Source: Mobula birostris (lineage: Eukaryota). From it: a DNA stretch of 64,000 nt. Positions 1 to 15,152 of the stretch are shown piece by piece (the stretch's first letter is position 1; every line of letters starts with the position of its first letter). The notes beneath the pieces are model-generated. The model was not told the DNA's origin. It saw only the letters and a program-made list of their open reading frames with translations, and ran no database searches. The stretch is from contig NC_092371.1 in NCBI RefSeq assembly GCF_030028105.1, positions 156,374,490 through 156,438,489 of the forward strand. The letters are read 5' to 3'. The position numbers and the translations under genes were made by a program.

Positions 1-178
1 GCCTAGTTGTTGGGCATATTTAAAGAAGTTGTTGATAGGTTTCTGATTAGTAAGAGTGTCAAAGGTTATGGAGAGAAGGCAGGAGGAAGGAATTGAGAGG
101 GATAATTTATCAGCCAAGATGGAGTGGTGGAAAAAACTTAAATGGGCTGAGTGGTGTAAGTCTGCTCCTATGTCTCAT
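1..178 (+). mobile_element. CR1/HER1-type LINE 3' end fragment
   Basis: Same ORF2 end and 3' UTR (gataggtttctgattagtaag...tcagcca...gctcctatgtct) as copies near 23200-23378 and 39130-39298. Confidence 0.75.
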
Positions 179-949
179 ATATCATCCCCATTTATTGTAG
201 TACTGTTTTATTTACCTATTATTCTTACAAGGTGCATTGTTGCCACTGTTTTGTTCCTTGAGATGTGTTTACTGTTGGAATATAGGCAATGTGTCAAGAA
301 ATTTATCCAAAGCAAGATCCTATAGTCAACGAATAAATAAATGATATGTTAACAGGTTGCGTCATAAATGAATATTGATAGGTTCAGCAGAGTTCCCAGC
401 TCTAAAACTAAAAACATTATTACATTATCTCAAAAAAGCAGCAAAAGCCTGAAGCTTAGAGCTCATGATTTTAGAACTTGTCACAGTCTTTGCCTGAACT
501 TCCAAAGGAGAGAGCTGAAGCCAGAGGCAAGGTGAGAGTGACTGTTTTTCACTTCTGGGTGGCATTCAGCTTACAAGTGGTACGGAAGATAAGAGAGATT
601 AACCCTGAGACTCAATGGCATTTCTATTCTAGGAGCACCATTCACCAGAACACTACTAGGCCGACTTCTTAAATGCCTTGGCAGTAAGAGCCTGTTAAGA
701 GTCTGGGCACTGTGTGCTGAGTGAATTACCTCTGTGATACCCCCTCAGTCTATCCAGCACTTACAAGGCAGCTGAGTGATGGAAGACTTTCCAAAGATAA
801 AGATTACCTTTACTTGTCACATGTACATTGAAGTATTGAAACATACAGTGAAATGTGTCACTTGCATCAGGACCCAATAGAGTCAAATTGGTGTTGGAGG
901 ATAGCCCACAAGTGTCGCTAAGCTACTGGCCATAGTGTGCTCCCAGCTT

Positions 950-1140
950 ACAAACCTTACCTGTGTGCCTTTGGAATGTGGGAGAAAAACAGAGCACCTG
1001 GAGGAAACCCACATGGTCATGGGAAGAACAGACAAACTGTAGAGGAAAGCAGCAGAAAGACAGCAGTGGAAAGTGTACGCTGATTGCTGCTCATTGGTGC
1101 TGCAACAGCACTACAACAGCCACTACACTATGGTGCCACC
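950..1140 (-). mobile_element. V-SINE (HE1-like) fragment
   Basis: Reverse V-domain motif ggaatgtgggag..aacagagcacctggaggaaacccacatggtca, shared with the copies at 21435, 50950 and 59550. Confidence 0.65.
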
Positions 1141-2169
1141 ACACTTGCTTGGATGCGTATGACTCCAAAACCAGAAGGCTGGTGCTTTTCAAGACAAAGC
1201 AGTCCACTTGTATGATACGTCATCACTCACCCTAAACAATCATTCCTTCCATTACACAGTATCTGCAGTGCGTGCCATCCTTCCAAATATACTGTAGTTA
1301 CTCAACCTACCTACTCCAACATCACTTCCACACACCCATGGCCTTGACTAATTAGAAGAACTGCCTTCTGCAGGATCCTTTTCAAACCACACACAGTCAC
1401 AGGCACTCCGCCGTCACTGAGTCAAAATCCTCAAGTATCCTTCCCAAAAGCAACTTTACCATAAGGAATGCAGTGGTTAAAAAAGGTAGCTCAGAAACAC
1501 CTTCTCATATGTGATGAATATTTACTGGCCTTGCCAGTGACGCACACATTATGAGGGGGAGGGAAAAAGTTCCTTCATAACACTGCACTTAAGAATCACA
1601 ATGGGTTCTGTGCACTTGTTAAACCCTTTGCCTTCTGACTCAGATGCAAACCCACTACCACCATAGATGAGGACAACTCACACACCTACCAGTGTGAATG
1701 CAATATTGCACTATTGCAAAGGTGACAATAGATCTGGGGAATCACTAAGGGATGTAGTCTCATTGGTGACCAAACCACCTAATTCAATGTAAGAGACTCC
1801 CAGAGGGACAGCACACTGCCGGACATCATTCCTACTCTGCCACTCCTTTGGAGTGGTAGGCTAGGATCTGAGATATACCCACTGATGCTGCGATTATGTT
1901 ACCTTGCCTCTAATGGAAGATAATACCTTACAATCAGCCATAATCCATACAATAATGATGGCACCGCTAAGTGTCGACTCTGCGTGCAGCTCTGAGGGGA
2001 ATCATCAAATATTCCCATTTAGGACTACTACAGTCACAGCCAAGGTACCTCAGTAAGTGACATCATTTTAAGATGTTTTAAAAAAATTGGTAAATACTTA
2101 AATCTAGTGATATCGGCAGATTGCGGATTGCACACTTGGGTTGCAAGTGCAGTTTCCCTTTAAGAAAAC

Positions 2170-2893
2170 AGAAACATGGTAACAGAGCCAGTCTACGGGT
2201 ACAATTGAAATGCTGAGGCATAAGACCCACACTCCTGACTATTGTGCTGGTGAATGTATAATCTCTAGAAGATAATATTGAAGAGCTCAGAGTAAGATTG
2301 CAGTACTGTACCAGAAGAACATCAGGGACTGCTATGTACTTTTCCTCACAGAAACATGGCTGCAGCTGGATGGCTTCATCATTTCTCCACAAAGACAAAA
2401 CAGCAGTCTTTTAAAGATAGAAGATGTGGAGTATGCTTTATGATTAATTCATTGTGCTGCACAGGTGTAACAGATCTGTCACAGCCCTGCTTACCCAATC
2501 TGGAACATCTAGTGGTCAAAATTCGTGCATTGCATCTGTCAAGAGAATTTTCTGCCATCATCTGGGTAGTGGTTGCATTTCACCTCAGGCCAATTGTCAG
2601 GTCAGGCAGGCACCATGATGAGTAGTCACAAAACAGTGCACCTGGATGCTTTCCCTATCATTTCAACCAGGCTAACATGAAGAAGTGTCTGAACAATTAC
2701 TACCAATATATCACCTGTACTGCCTACCTACACCCATGACTGTGTGGCTACACACAGCTCAAATGCCAGCTATATATTTGACAATGGCACAGCTATTGTT
2801 GGCAGAATTTCAGACCGTGCACAGGAGCAAGATAGATCAGCTGGTTCAGTGGTGTCACAACAACAACCTTGCACTCAATGTCAGTAAGATCAA
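2170..2893 (+). mobile_element. Degenerate Rex1/Babar-like LINE, part upstream of a nested insertion
   Basis: Remnant peptide IDQLVQWCHNNNLALNVSKIK, typical of the post-RT region. The sequence resumes at about 4162 (ELIVGF...). Confidence 0.6.
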
Positions 2894-4160
2894 AGCGGAG
2901 GGCGGAGCTATGATGTTGCCAGACAGTGACTTCTTCACGCTCAATTGCAGAAACAGCTTAATTTCTCCCTTTAATGTCTCTCTTCTTTTCTTTTCAAGAT
3001 GGATTGGGTTTTATCGAAGACTCTGATCTAAAGCTGCACTCAAGCTTTAGTCTTTATGATGTCGGTTCCTGCTCTCGGGGCTCATTGCCCAGATGTTTTT
3101 CAATATCCCAAGGACGCAGCCCAGAAGGCGAGCATGCCAATTCTATGTCGGTGCCACCAACTGAAGTGCCGTGAAAGAAAACAGAATATCAGGAGTAGCG
3201 GGTTACCTGTCAGATGTCTTAGAACTTGGGTAATTTGTTATATCTCTCTCTTCCTCTCGTTGGTGGGGGAGAGTTGCTGGTTCTTGAGGCAGGGGAGAAA
3301 AAAACAATGTTGCTTCTTTAACACTGTAAATCAGTGAGTGTTTCTTTTTGAGTAACACACACAAAATGCTGGAGGAGCTTAGTAGGCCAGGCAGTATCTA
3401 TAGAAAAGAGTACAGTTGATGCTTCCGGCTAAGCCGAGACCTTCATCTGGACTGGAGAAAAAAAGATGAGGAGTCAGAGTTAGAAGGTGGGGGGAGGAGA
3501 GGAAGAAACCAAGAGGGGGAGGAGTGAAGTAAAGAGCTGGGAAGCTGATTCATGAAAAAGATACATGGCTGGAGAAGGAGGGATCTACTAGAGGAGATAG
3601 AAGTCCATGGAAGAAAGAGAAGGGGGGAGGAGCACCAGAGTGAGATGATCAGCAGGTAAGGGGGTAAGGTGTGAGATGGAATGGGGAATGGTGAGTGGGG
3701 GGGGAGCATTACCAAAGTTCAAGAAATCGATGCTCATGCCATCAGGTTGGTGGCTACCCAGACAGAATATAAGGTGTTGCTCCTCCACCCTGAGTGTGGC
3801 CTCATCGATTCTCCCCTCTTGCTGTGTGACACCTCTCTGCCCCTATATTAGGGAAAGAGAGAGTCTGTGCTGTGTCAAATTGTTGGATGAACGATTAGCT
3901 TTTGTTGTCGTGCAGAGCATGGTCTTTTTGGGAGCTTAGCTATTGCTTGGTGGGTGAAAGGTGCTGATGCTTTTTTTTTGCTGAAGTGAGGGGGTGGGTC
4001 GATGCTTTGCTGCTGCATGTGTTTGGAGTCGAGAGTAGGGGGGCTCAGGAGTTTTAATGTTTCTACTGTCACTCATTCTTTAGGGCAGACTTCTGTTTTT
4101 GTGGATGTCCGTGAAGAACAAGAATTTCAGGTTGTACATGGTATTAAGTGAAAATATTGA
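2894..4160 (+). mobile_element. Unclassified non-coding repeat inserted into the Rex1-like LINE, itself interrupted by a Penelope fragment
   Basis: Splits the contiguous LINE peptide VSKIK/ELIV. Its 3' end (gtggatgtccgtgaagaacaagaatttcaggttgta) resembles 46145-46195. Confidence 0.45.
3350..3806 (-). mobile_element. Penelope-like element 3' fragment (GIY-YIG C-terminus + 3' UTR)
   Basis: ORF 3588..3788 EEQHLIFCLGSHQPDGMSIDF matches the C-terminus of the 55437-57597 element. Shared terminal motif acacacacaaaatgctggagga. Confidence 0.8.
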
Positions 4161-4161
4161 A

Positions 4162-4740
4162 TGGAATTGATTGTGGGCTTCATGAAGGGGAAATCGAGGG
4201 AACACACTCCAATCCTCATCAAGGGATCAGCAGTGGAAAAGATGAGCATTTTGAAGTCCCTAGGTGTCAACATCTCTGAATATCTATCCTGGGTCCAATA
4301 TATTGATGCAATTACAAAGAAGGTACGACAGCAGCTATATTTCATTAAGAGCTTGAGAAAACTTGGTATGTCACCAAAGACGCTCGCAAATTTCTATAGA
4401 TATACCGCGGAGAGCACTCTAACTGGTTGCATCACCATCTGGTGTGGATGGGTCAATGCAGAGGACTGGAAAAAATGGCAGGAAGTTTAAGCTCAGCCAG
4501 CTCCATCATGAGTACTAGCCTTCCCAGCATCGAGGACATTTTCAAAAGATGACGTTTCAAAAAGGCGACATCCATTATTAAGGACCCTCATCACGCTCTT
4601 TGTTACCATCAAGGAGGCACAAAAGCCTGAGGACACACCCAATATTTCAGAAACAGCTTCTTCTCCTTTTCGAACAGATTTCTGAACGGACAATGAATCC
4701 GTGAACACTACTTCACTGTTATTTTTCTCTTTTCTGCTCC
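4162..4740 (+). mobile_element. Rex1/Babar-like LINE 3' part
   Basis: ORF 4161..4490 (LGVNISEYLSW...KKVRQQLYFIKSLRKLG...FYRYTAESTLTGCITIW) is the conserved C-terminal region of Rex1-type RT proteins. Confidence 0.75.
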
Positions 4741-4764
4741 ACTTAACACAATTTTATATATATA

Positions 4765-7006
<2,242 letters not shown>

Positions 7007-7646
7007 TGTGTGTATATATATAGAATTGACTGCCCAGCAGTGGTGAAGTGCTCCATTTTGTAAGTGTCTCTCTCCCCAGTTAGGCCGCAAGGCCTGTTTC
7101 CATGCTCTATTACTCCGTAACATGACCGGTTCAAAGAGGAGAGACGTTCTTCCTATTGGATCATTACAGAACCTGGGGACACAAACTTAAATAGTGGCTG
7201 TGAGGAACTTATTTTAAAATACAGAGCACAGTTGTGATCTGAAACTCATTGTTGGTAGAGCTAATGGGGCTTTGTAAATGAAATGGGTCAGATACTTGTA
7301 GGAAAATAATTTTCAGGGCGAGAAGAAAAAAGGGATGAAGAGGACCACTGACAGTTCTCTCTATAATAACTGTCAGGGCTAAAGGTTTCCTGTTTGCTGC
7401 AGAGAGTCTATGATTCTATTGATTAAAGATAAATCTGATAAAATCAATAAATGACAAATGATTGCTGTGGCAGTTTCAATGGCTTTGTAGGTGAATCGCC
7501 TACTGCAGCATGAAGTTCCTTATCTGTATAAAGTGCGGTAGAATGAGAGATAATAGATTGCACTGTAATAGTCAGCACGGAGTACAAGGGCCTTAAATTG
7601 CTCTGCACTGCATTTTGCTAAGTTCTACTTGCTTTGGTCTGAATTA

Positions 7647-7696
7647 ACAAAAATCTTCATTTTTATATTTACAAAAATCTTCATTTTTATATTTAC
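7647..7696. repeat. Perfect 24-bp tandem duplication
   Basis: acaaaaatcttcatttttatattt x2 + ac. Confidence 0.9.
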
Positions 7697-8199
7697 CTGC
7701 TTATATATACAGCAGGTCGTTGAATGATTTTTGACAAGGTAGGGTGATGTTGTCAAGCAAATTTTTCCAACACCTGACGTTCATTTTGAGTGCCAGCAGC
7801 ACCACTGTCCAATTGTGTGATCCCCACAGGCCTCATCTCCTCAGCTTCATTCCTCCCTATAATTTCAACATGGTTCTTCAACGCAAGCATACTCTTCTAG
7901 ATATTCTCCCAGCATTCCACTGAATGCTTTGTTTGACATCTGACTACAATTCCCACTGCATCAGAAAAGCAGCCAACAAAATTAAAGATCCATCCCATCC
8001 TCTCGTTTCCTGCTTCCAAAAGGCAGAATAAACAAAAGCTTGCAAACATGCACCAGCAGATTCAAGAACTTTGCTGTAACTGTGATACTATATTCTACAT
8101 TCTGTTATTGCCTTTCACTTTGAACTGCCTTGGTGTATCTATGTTTTGGAATTATCGACATAGATGGCATGCAAAACAAACTTTTTCACTGTATTTTAG

Positions 8200-8995
8200 A
8201 ATCAGACAGCAAAACAGCACGGATACAGGCCTTTGGCCCAATGAGTCCATTCCAACCATGGTGCCCACCCCTCAAGTCCCAATTTCCTGTGTTCGGCAAG
8301 CTCTACTACCCTTGCACGTGCCTATCCAAGTGCTTCTTAAATGATACAATTGCTCCTGCTTCAGATGCTTCTGGTGGCAGCTTATTCCAGAAACACACTT
8401 TCTGTGTGAAAAAGTAGCCACTTTTAAAACTTTCCCCTCAGCCTAAATCTAAAACCCTTAGTTTTTGCCTGCCCAGCTCTAGGGAAAAGACTGTTACCAT
8501 CCACTTGGTCTCTGTCTTGGTCACATTTTTAAGCATTTCTATAAGGTTCCACTTGTTTTCCTGTGACCTAAGAAATAAAGACCCAGCACGGCCAATCTCT
8601 CCATACAACTCAAGCTCTCTTGTCCTGGCAGTATCTATTATTGTTTTTATACTCTTTCCAGCTTAACCACTCCTTTCATATAACACGGTGAACCAAATGT
8701 ACACAGTACTCCAAGTGCAGCTCACCAATGCTTTATATATCTGCAACAATGTCCCAACTCCGACATGCCTTCACTGATAAAGGCCATCATGCTAAACACC
8801 TCCTTCACCAGCATGTCTACCTATGATGCCACTTGTACTCCTAGGTCCCTCTCTTCCCAACTGTTCTATCATTCACAAGTCCTGCACTGGTGTGACTATC
8901 CAAAATGTATCTCCTCACACTGATCTGTATTGAAATCATTTGTTACTCCTCAGCTAACTTCCCTAACTGATCCAGAAGTCCCTGTAATCTATAAT
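8200..8995 (-). mobile_element. Degenerate CR1 LINE 3' fragment
   Basis: acacagtactccaagtg (HLEYCV motif on -) and a CR1-type 3' UTR (acaggcctttggccca). Confidence 0.7.
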
Positions 8996-9024
8996 AACCT
9001 TTCTGTACTATCAACACACCTCCA

Positions 9025-9165
9025 GCCGGCTCCCTTGCACGCTTTCCATCTGTGCTGGGTTGAGCGTCGAGCTAGCATCTCAGCCTTGTAAAAATAAGAA
9101 AGCCTGCTTAAAAAAAACCGTCATCATGACGGCGTGCCAATGACTCCACTCAGAGTTGAGGGCTT
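9025..9165 (+). mobile_element. Truncated SINE, same family as 28880-29120
   Basis: Shared core gctttcca.c.gtgc.gggttgag.gtc.agctagc...gcct.gtaaaaa. Confidence 0.6.
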
Positions 9166-9529
9166 TCTTCTTCTTCTCTTCTACAAATGTTGCAATATTT
9201 TGTGCAGATTGCAAAGTACATTCATAGTTTCCACTAACTGTGAAAGTTTTATAGTGATTTCTATAATCTATAACCATGGAAAATGAACAATCCTTGCACA
9301 GATGCAATTAAATATTCAAATACATTTTGTGCACTGTAAGCACGAAGTACTATAAAAACTTGCACAGGATTTAATAAAATGTAAACACAGCATATGTCTA
9401 CTGCCCTCTCCTGCTTGTTGATTGCCTACCACTAATCCTGCTGTTAATTGGCAAGGGCACCCTGGTTGGTGAGTCCCAGCACAATTCTAAACAGAACTCG
9501 GCTCACTATAGAAATCAATCCATCTGGCA

Positions 9530-10780
9530 GATGCAGCATGGATTCAGCAAAGGCATGTCCTATTTGACAAACCTACTGGAGTTTTTTTCAGGATATAACA
9601 AGCGTAGTGGATAGAGGGGAACAGATGGACATTATTTACTTGGATTTCCAGAAGGCGTTTGAAAAGGTGCCACATAAAAGACTTGTCCACAAGATAAGGA
9701 TGCATAGAATTGAGAGTGATGTATTACCATGGATAGAGGATTGGTTAACTAATAGAAAGCAGAGAGTTGGGAATCATGGGTGTTTCTCTGGTTGGCAATC
9801 AGTGGTGAGTGGTGTGCCATAGGGGCCCACAACTGTTCACGATATACATTAACGACCTGGAAGAAGGTACGGAGTTTAGTGTATGTAAGTTTGCTGACAA
9901 TACTATATTGAGTTGAAAAGCAAATTGTGCAGAAGCTATGGAGATTCTACAGAGAGATATAGAAAGGTTAAGTGAGTGGGCAAGGCTCTGGCAGATGGAA
10001 TACAATGCTGGTAAATGTGAGGTCATCCACTTCGGAAGGAAAAATAAAGGAGCAGATTATTATTTAAATGGTAAAAAATTGTAGCATTCTACTGTACAGA
10101 GGGACTTGGGAGTGCTTGTGCATAAATCACAAAAGGTTGTTTTGCAGGTGCAGCAGGCTATCAAGAAGGCAAATGGAATGTTGGTGTTTATTGCTAGAGG
10201 GATTGAATATAAGAGCAGGGAGGTTGTGTTGCAACTGTACAGGGTACTGGTGAGGCCACACCTGGAGTACTGTGTGCAGTTCTGTCTCCTTCCTTGAAGA
10301 AGAATATACTGGCTTTGGATGCGGTGCACAGAATGTTCACCAAGTTAATTCCAGAGATGAGGGAGTCACCTGGGACTGTACTTGCTTCAATTCAGAAGAA
10401 CGAGAGGAGATCTTATAGAAACATATGAAATCATGAAAAAGATAGATAAGATAGAGGCAGGGAAGTTGTTTCCACTGGTAGATGAGACTAGAACTAGGGG
10501 ACATAGCGTCAAGATCTGGGGGAGTAGATTTAGGACGGAGATGAGGAGGAACTGCTTTTCCCAGAGAGTGGTGAATCTGTGGAATTCTCTGCCAATGAAA
10601 CAGTGGAGGCTACCTCAGTAAATATAGTTAAGACAAGGTTGGATAGATTTTTACATATTAGATGAATTAAGGGTTATGGGGAAAAGGTAGGTAGGTAGAG
10701 ATGAGTCCATGGTCAGATCAGCCATGATCTTATTGACTGGCAGAGCAGGCTACTCCTGCTCCTATTTCTGATGTTGTGAT
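9530..10780 (+). mobile_element. CR1 LINE, degenerate RT C-terminal half + 3' UTR
   Basis: ORF pieces [48 protein letters not shown]. Ends ctactcctgctcctatttct. Confidence 0.9.
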
Positions 10781-10787
10781 GTTCTTA

Positions 10788-11295
10788 GAACATAGAATAT
10801 TACAGGCCCTTTGGCCCACAAGGTTCTACTCCTCCTCCAAGATCTATCCGAACACTTCCCTCCTGCACAGGCTTCCATTTTCCTTTCATTCATGGGCCAA
10901 TCTAAGAGTCTCTTAATTGTCTCTAATGCATCTTCCTCTACCATCATGGGAGCGTGTCCCATGCACTCACCACTCTCCATGTAAAGCAACTTACCCTCTG
11001 ATGTACCTGTACTTTTCCCCAATCATCTTAAAATTATGTCTCCCCATATTAGCCATTTCTGCCTTGGGTAAATCTCCCTGGCTGTCCATTACATCGATGC
11101 CTCTTATCATCTTATACACCTCTATCAACTCACCTCTCATCCTACAATACTCTAAAGAGAATAGCCCTCGCTCACTCAACCTTTCCTCATAAGCCTTGCT
11201 CTCTAATCAAAGCAGCATCCTGGTAAATCTCCTCAGCATCCTCTCTAAAGCTTCCTAACGTGAGGTAACCAGAATGGAACATAGTCCTCCAAGCA
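10788..11295 (-). mobile_element. CR1 LINE 3' fragment, tail-to-tail with the previous copy
   Basis: ORF 10991..11179 GLFSLEYCRMRGELIEVYKMIRGID; (tagaaca)n tail. Confidence 0.8.
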
Positions 11296-11688
11296 CAGCA
11301 CCGAGCCTGGGCCAGGGCTTGGCGCAGTACAGCTCCACCCAGCTCAGCACATTTTATGCCCCTCACAGCCTAGTCAAGGGTGCAATGTAGCATCGTCCAT
11401 CTCTGCACAGGGCTCAGGGCAGCCCAACCCAGAACAGGACCACATACTGCACGGGGGCTTCCTGAAGCTAAACTGAAGCTCAACCCACATGTCAATGCCC
11501 AGAGTTACCAGCCGTCAAACTGTCAAAGAGAATGACATTCACATTCATAAGTAGTTAAAAAATACATACCATCAAAATTTTTAAATATGAACAAACATGA
11601 ATAAGGAATAACACATCAGGAAGGAAATCCATTTCAATCAATTCAATTAACATTTTAAGAAGGTACATTACCATATACTTACCCTCTT

Positions 11689-11907
11689 ACATAAAAGTTG
11701 CTGGTGAACACAGCAGGCCAGACAGCATCTCTAGGAAGAGGTGCAGTCGACGTTTCAGGCCGAGACCCTTCTGATGTCCTGACGAAGGGTCTCAGCCTGA
11801 AACGCCGACTGCACCTCTTCCTAGAGATGCTGCCTGGCCTGCTGCGTTCACCAGCAACTTTTATGTGTGTTGCTTGAATTTCCAGCACCTGCAGAATTCC
11901 TGTTGTT
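11689..11907 (+). mobile_element. Penelope-derived hairpin mini-element
   Basis: About 80-bp inverted arms. TSD tacttaccct(c/t)tt at 11676-11688 and 11908-11920. Hammerhead-like core at 11776-11811 with a mutated cleavage triplet (GCC). Confidence 0.88.
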
Positions 11908-13217
11908 TACTTACCCTTTTCAGTTTTGTCTGCCCTTCACTTCGGGAGAGGATCACAATCACAATTCCTTATCCAGTTACTGGGAACCTACGGAAGTGCA
12001 ACCCCCACCACTGGACTCCATGAGGAGACAACACTGGAGTACCATCAGGAAACCCCAGCAAATGGCTGTGTTGAGGTTCCAGAGCTAAACCATTGTGCAA
12101 TATTCCCAAACTTCCGCAGAGTCACAGACATAAACAGCACCAGTCAGGCAAGGAACTGCAGGCATGTCTGCAGACTGCTCCCCACAGTATCCCCATAATC
12201 CATAGACAGGTAATATAAAGGAATGCTATACATGTTCAAATTGTTGAAGAACACATTATTACATCTACATGTCTTGTGAAAAAAAGTTAACATAAACCAT
12301 TCACTATAATTGGTAACATTTTCGATCAGAACTTTTCCCACCACGTAGTCTCTTGCCTGGGGAAAAGCCTGCTCAAATGTGTGGTGGCCAGTAACCTACA
12401 AGGAGGCAGCCTTAATCCTGAACCTTATTCTCTGGAGATGGGAGTGAACAATGTGGGATCAGACCCATTCAGGGCCTAGGGTTAAGGACCAACACAGGAT
12501 ATGGTCATGAAATAATGCATGATGGGGTCAAGGAACTACCTGGGCTTGGAGTCCCACCCTTCTGTACTGTCCTGGTCTTCCTGTTTGCATTGGGTTGGGT
12601 ACACAGTTTAAGGCTCATTGTTCGACCCACAAGAAACCGCAAAGTATAAGCCAGACCTGAATTACTGAACTTTGTGTTTTCCTTGAGCTAAGACAGGGTT
12701 GTGCTTGAAAAGAGTTATCAGCCCCTGGTGTGTTCAGTCATCTTTAATGTGTTCTCTTTATCATTTCAACTTCATTCATGTAATCTGTGATAAACTACAC
12801 CAACAAGAAACCAGCACTTGCAACCCTATCTGTCTAACCCACTACCTGTTTCAGAGAACCAGCGAACTTCTGCTGGCAACTTAAGTTGGTAATAGTTAAT
12901 GAATTCATATCACATTCCTTCCCTCCATTTTAGGGATGATACTATTACAATTAATGGGGATAAGTATAGATAACACTCTGGAACAGGGGAAATGTTATCA
13001 GAAATTTAAAAAAGGTTTACAATTTACTTGGTTGCTTCTTTCCTTCTGAGTCCTCTACCAACTTGGACAGAGCTTGCATTGAAATTTAACTTCCATGATA
13101 TGAGACAACATATCCGCTACAAACAAATAAGTCAACCAAACCAACTCGACGGAAGTGCATCACGCGGACATAACCAAAATACATTTTTCAGTGTTGTTCC
13201 GATGCAGACCTACTAAC

Positions 13218-13846
13218 CTCTAAAGAACTCATGGACACTGTTGAACCTGTTTCACTCCTTGATAATGCAGTATTACTTTCATCAAGTTCTGAAACAATGA
13301 AGTTCTTTACAGCGGACCGCGGTTCATATGGTAAACTCTGTTTGTGTTCTTGTGTGGTGAGATGCTGATCTAAATTGAAACTGATGTGATCCATCACAGG
13401 TGCACTTGTATTAAAATGCATTAACCTATCATGTGGCATGCCTTCCATGCTGATGTTTAATTTGCTTTCATCTTTAGCGATAGGTTGGACACTTGCTGAG
13501 CCTCTTGGCATTACAATGTAGTCACTCTCCATCATCCTCTCCTGGGCCTGAGCCAACTCAGCGTCCCCAGCTCTGAGATTGTCATCAGTGCATAAATAAA
13601 CTGTCCGCCGTAGTTCACTGTTTTCCTTCTTTATACACTGCTCAGTCAATTCGTTCATTCCAATTGGCACATGCATCGTCGGCGGCTGCTGTATCAAAAC
13701 TTTGGAAATCATATTTCCTGGGAGGGTTGAAAAATTCATGCTTTTGGGGTTGATTCCTTTCTCTTCTTCATCGTCATTCAGCGAGATCCTCGATAGCGTT
13801 CCTGTAATAGTTGCAGCTCGGCAGCTCCCTATATCCTTGTGAAGGA
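13218..13846 (-). CDS. ADGRB3: ADGRB3 large cytoplasmic-tail exon ([30 protein letters not shown]...[13 protein letters not shown]...[14 protein letters not shown]...[15 protein letters not shown])
   Basis: 629 nt (2 nt + 209 codons). Acceptor tctttgacccacag|TC, donor GAG|gttagt. ORF 13188..13739 carries the BAI3-type motifs [20 protein letters not shown] and [14 protein letters not shown]. Confidence 0.97.
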
Positions 13847-14504
13847 CTGTGGGTCAAAGAATCATTCGTTAGAATTGAAAATTCAACAGCTGATAAATTA
13901 TTCTAATTGACCTTGTGCTTTGGTCAAATAAATTAACCATTCTGTCACACTGTGTTTCATTTTCTTTCACCAAGTCAATTTGGTATTTTTCTTCATTGAA
14001 GGCAATATGTCAACATAATGATTGTTAATACTTTATTGCAATCTCATAATTAGAATGTAACTGTGCCGTTTATGTGGCTTGTTTTTGCGATTATAACATA
14101 GGAAAATGGGGTTTGATAGCTGGGAAAAAAAATCAGATCTACCTCGTGGTCACATTAATCGATGATGTTTGATATAACGTTTGAGGTAAATTAAGATGGA
14201 CCATATTTATTCAAAGTACTGTACCACTCTCCAGCAATAATCCTTCAACAGTCAGTAGTTAAGAAAACAAGTAACACAGAACAGATTGACAAAACAAGAA
14301 ACTGAACAGGTGTTGTAGGCTGAATGTAAAAGGCAAGTGAAGTTCGTAGACTGGTACTACCACATCATGCCTTGCATCTCTGTAAAATACTTCTACAAGC
14401 TTTATTATTCAATTTTGATTAAAATTAAACTGTGCAGTTGTATTGCATTGGTACAGGTCCATACCAACCATACTAATTCCATAAAGTGAAGGCAGGAAAG
14501 ACTG

Positions 14505-15152
14505 CAGATACGTTTGCTGCGCCCTGTCTATCCTCTGGCTCCTCTATTGCCAGGGTGAGGCCAAAGGCAAGCTAGAGGAAGACCATCTCATATTTCTCCT
14601 GTGTTGTCTACAACGCAACGGTATGAGCATCGAATTGAATTGCCTGCATGCGCTCCGTTCCTTTCGCTCTCCATCTGATCCGTCCAGGTCCACCCATACA
14701 CACCTTTCTTTGCAAAACTACTCCCAAACCCACTCTCACATATTCTCTTTCCATATACCACCTGGTTCCATCAGCCTTTCACCCACATACTCAACCCTCT
14801 TGGTCCTTTGTCCCCTTCCTCACTGTTCCCATTTGCCCACCATTCCTCCCTTCTCTGGTTCCACTTATGGCCTTCCTTTCTTATTAGATTCCATAATCTA
14901 TGGTCTTTGTTGCCTCTACCTCCAGATTCTGTTGTTATCACCATCCTTCCTCCTTCCACTTGGCTCCATCTACCTATCAACTCTTCTTCACTCAGAAACA
15001 TCTACTGTTTACTTGCTTTTGTCTCACCCCTCCCCCTTGTCTCTTTACGTTGGCTTTCTCCTCTTTACCCTCTTAGTCCTGATGCAGGGTCTTAACCTGA
15101 AATGTTGAAAATCCATTCATCTTCTCCAGATGCTGCTTGACTTGCCAGCAGC
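14505..15152 (+). mobile_element. Old Penelope-like 3' fragment
   Basis: gccaaaggcaagctagaggaagaccatctcatattt (KLEEDHLIF), a pyrimidine-rich UTR, and a degenerate hammerhead motif gtcctgatgcagggtcttaacctgaaatgttga. Confidence 0.7.

Noticed and set aside
11925-12700. Possible L1/Tx1-like LINE remnant (Cys-rich stretch on -)
   Set aside because: Too degenerate to support a call without a profile search.
13188-13217. ORF extension VSRSASEQH* past SMSSLE
   Set aside because: Read-through beyond the GAG|gttagt donor into the intron. BAI3 similarity ends at the donor and nothing supports a retained-intron isoform.
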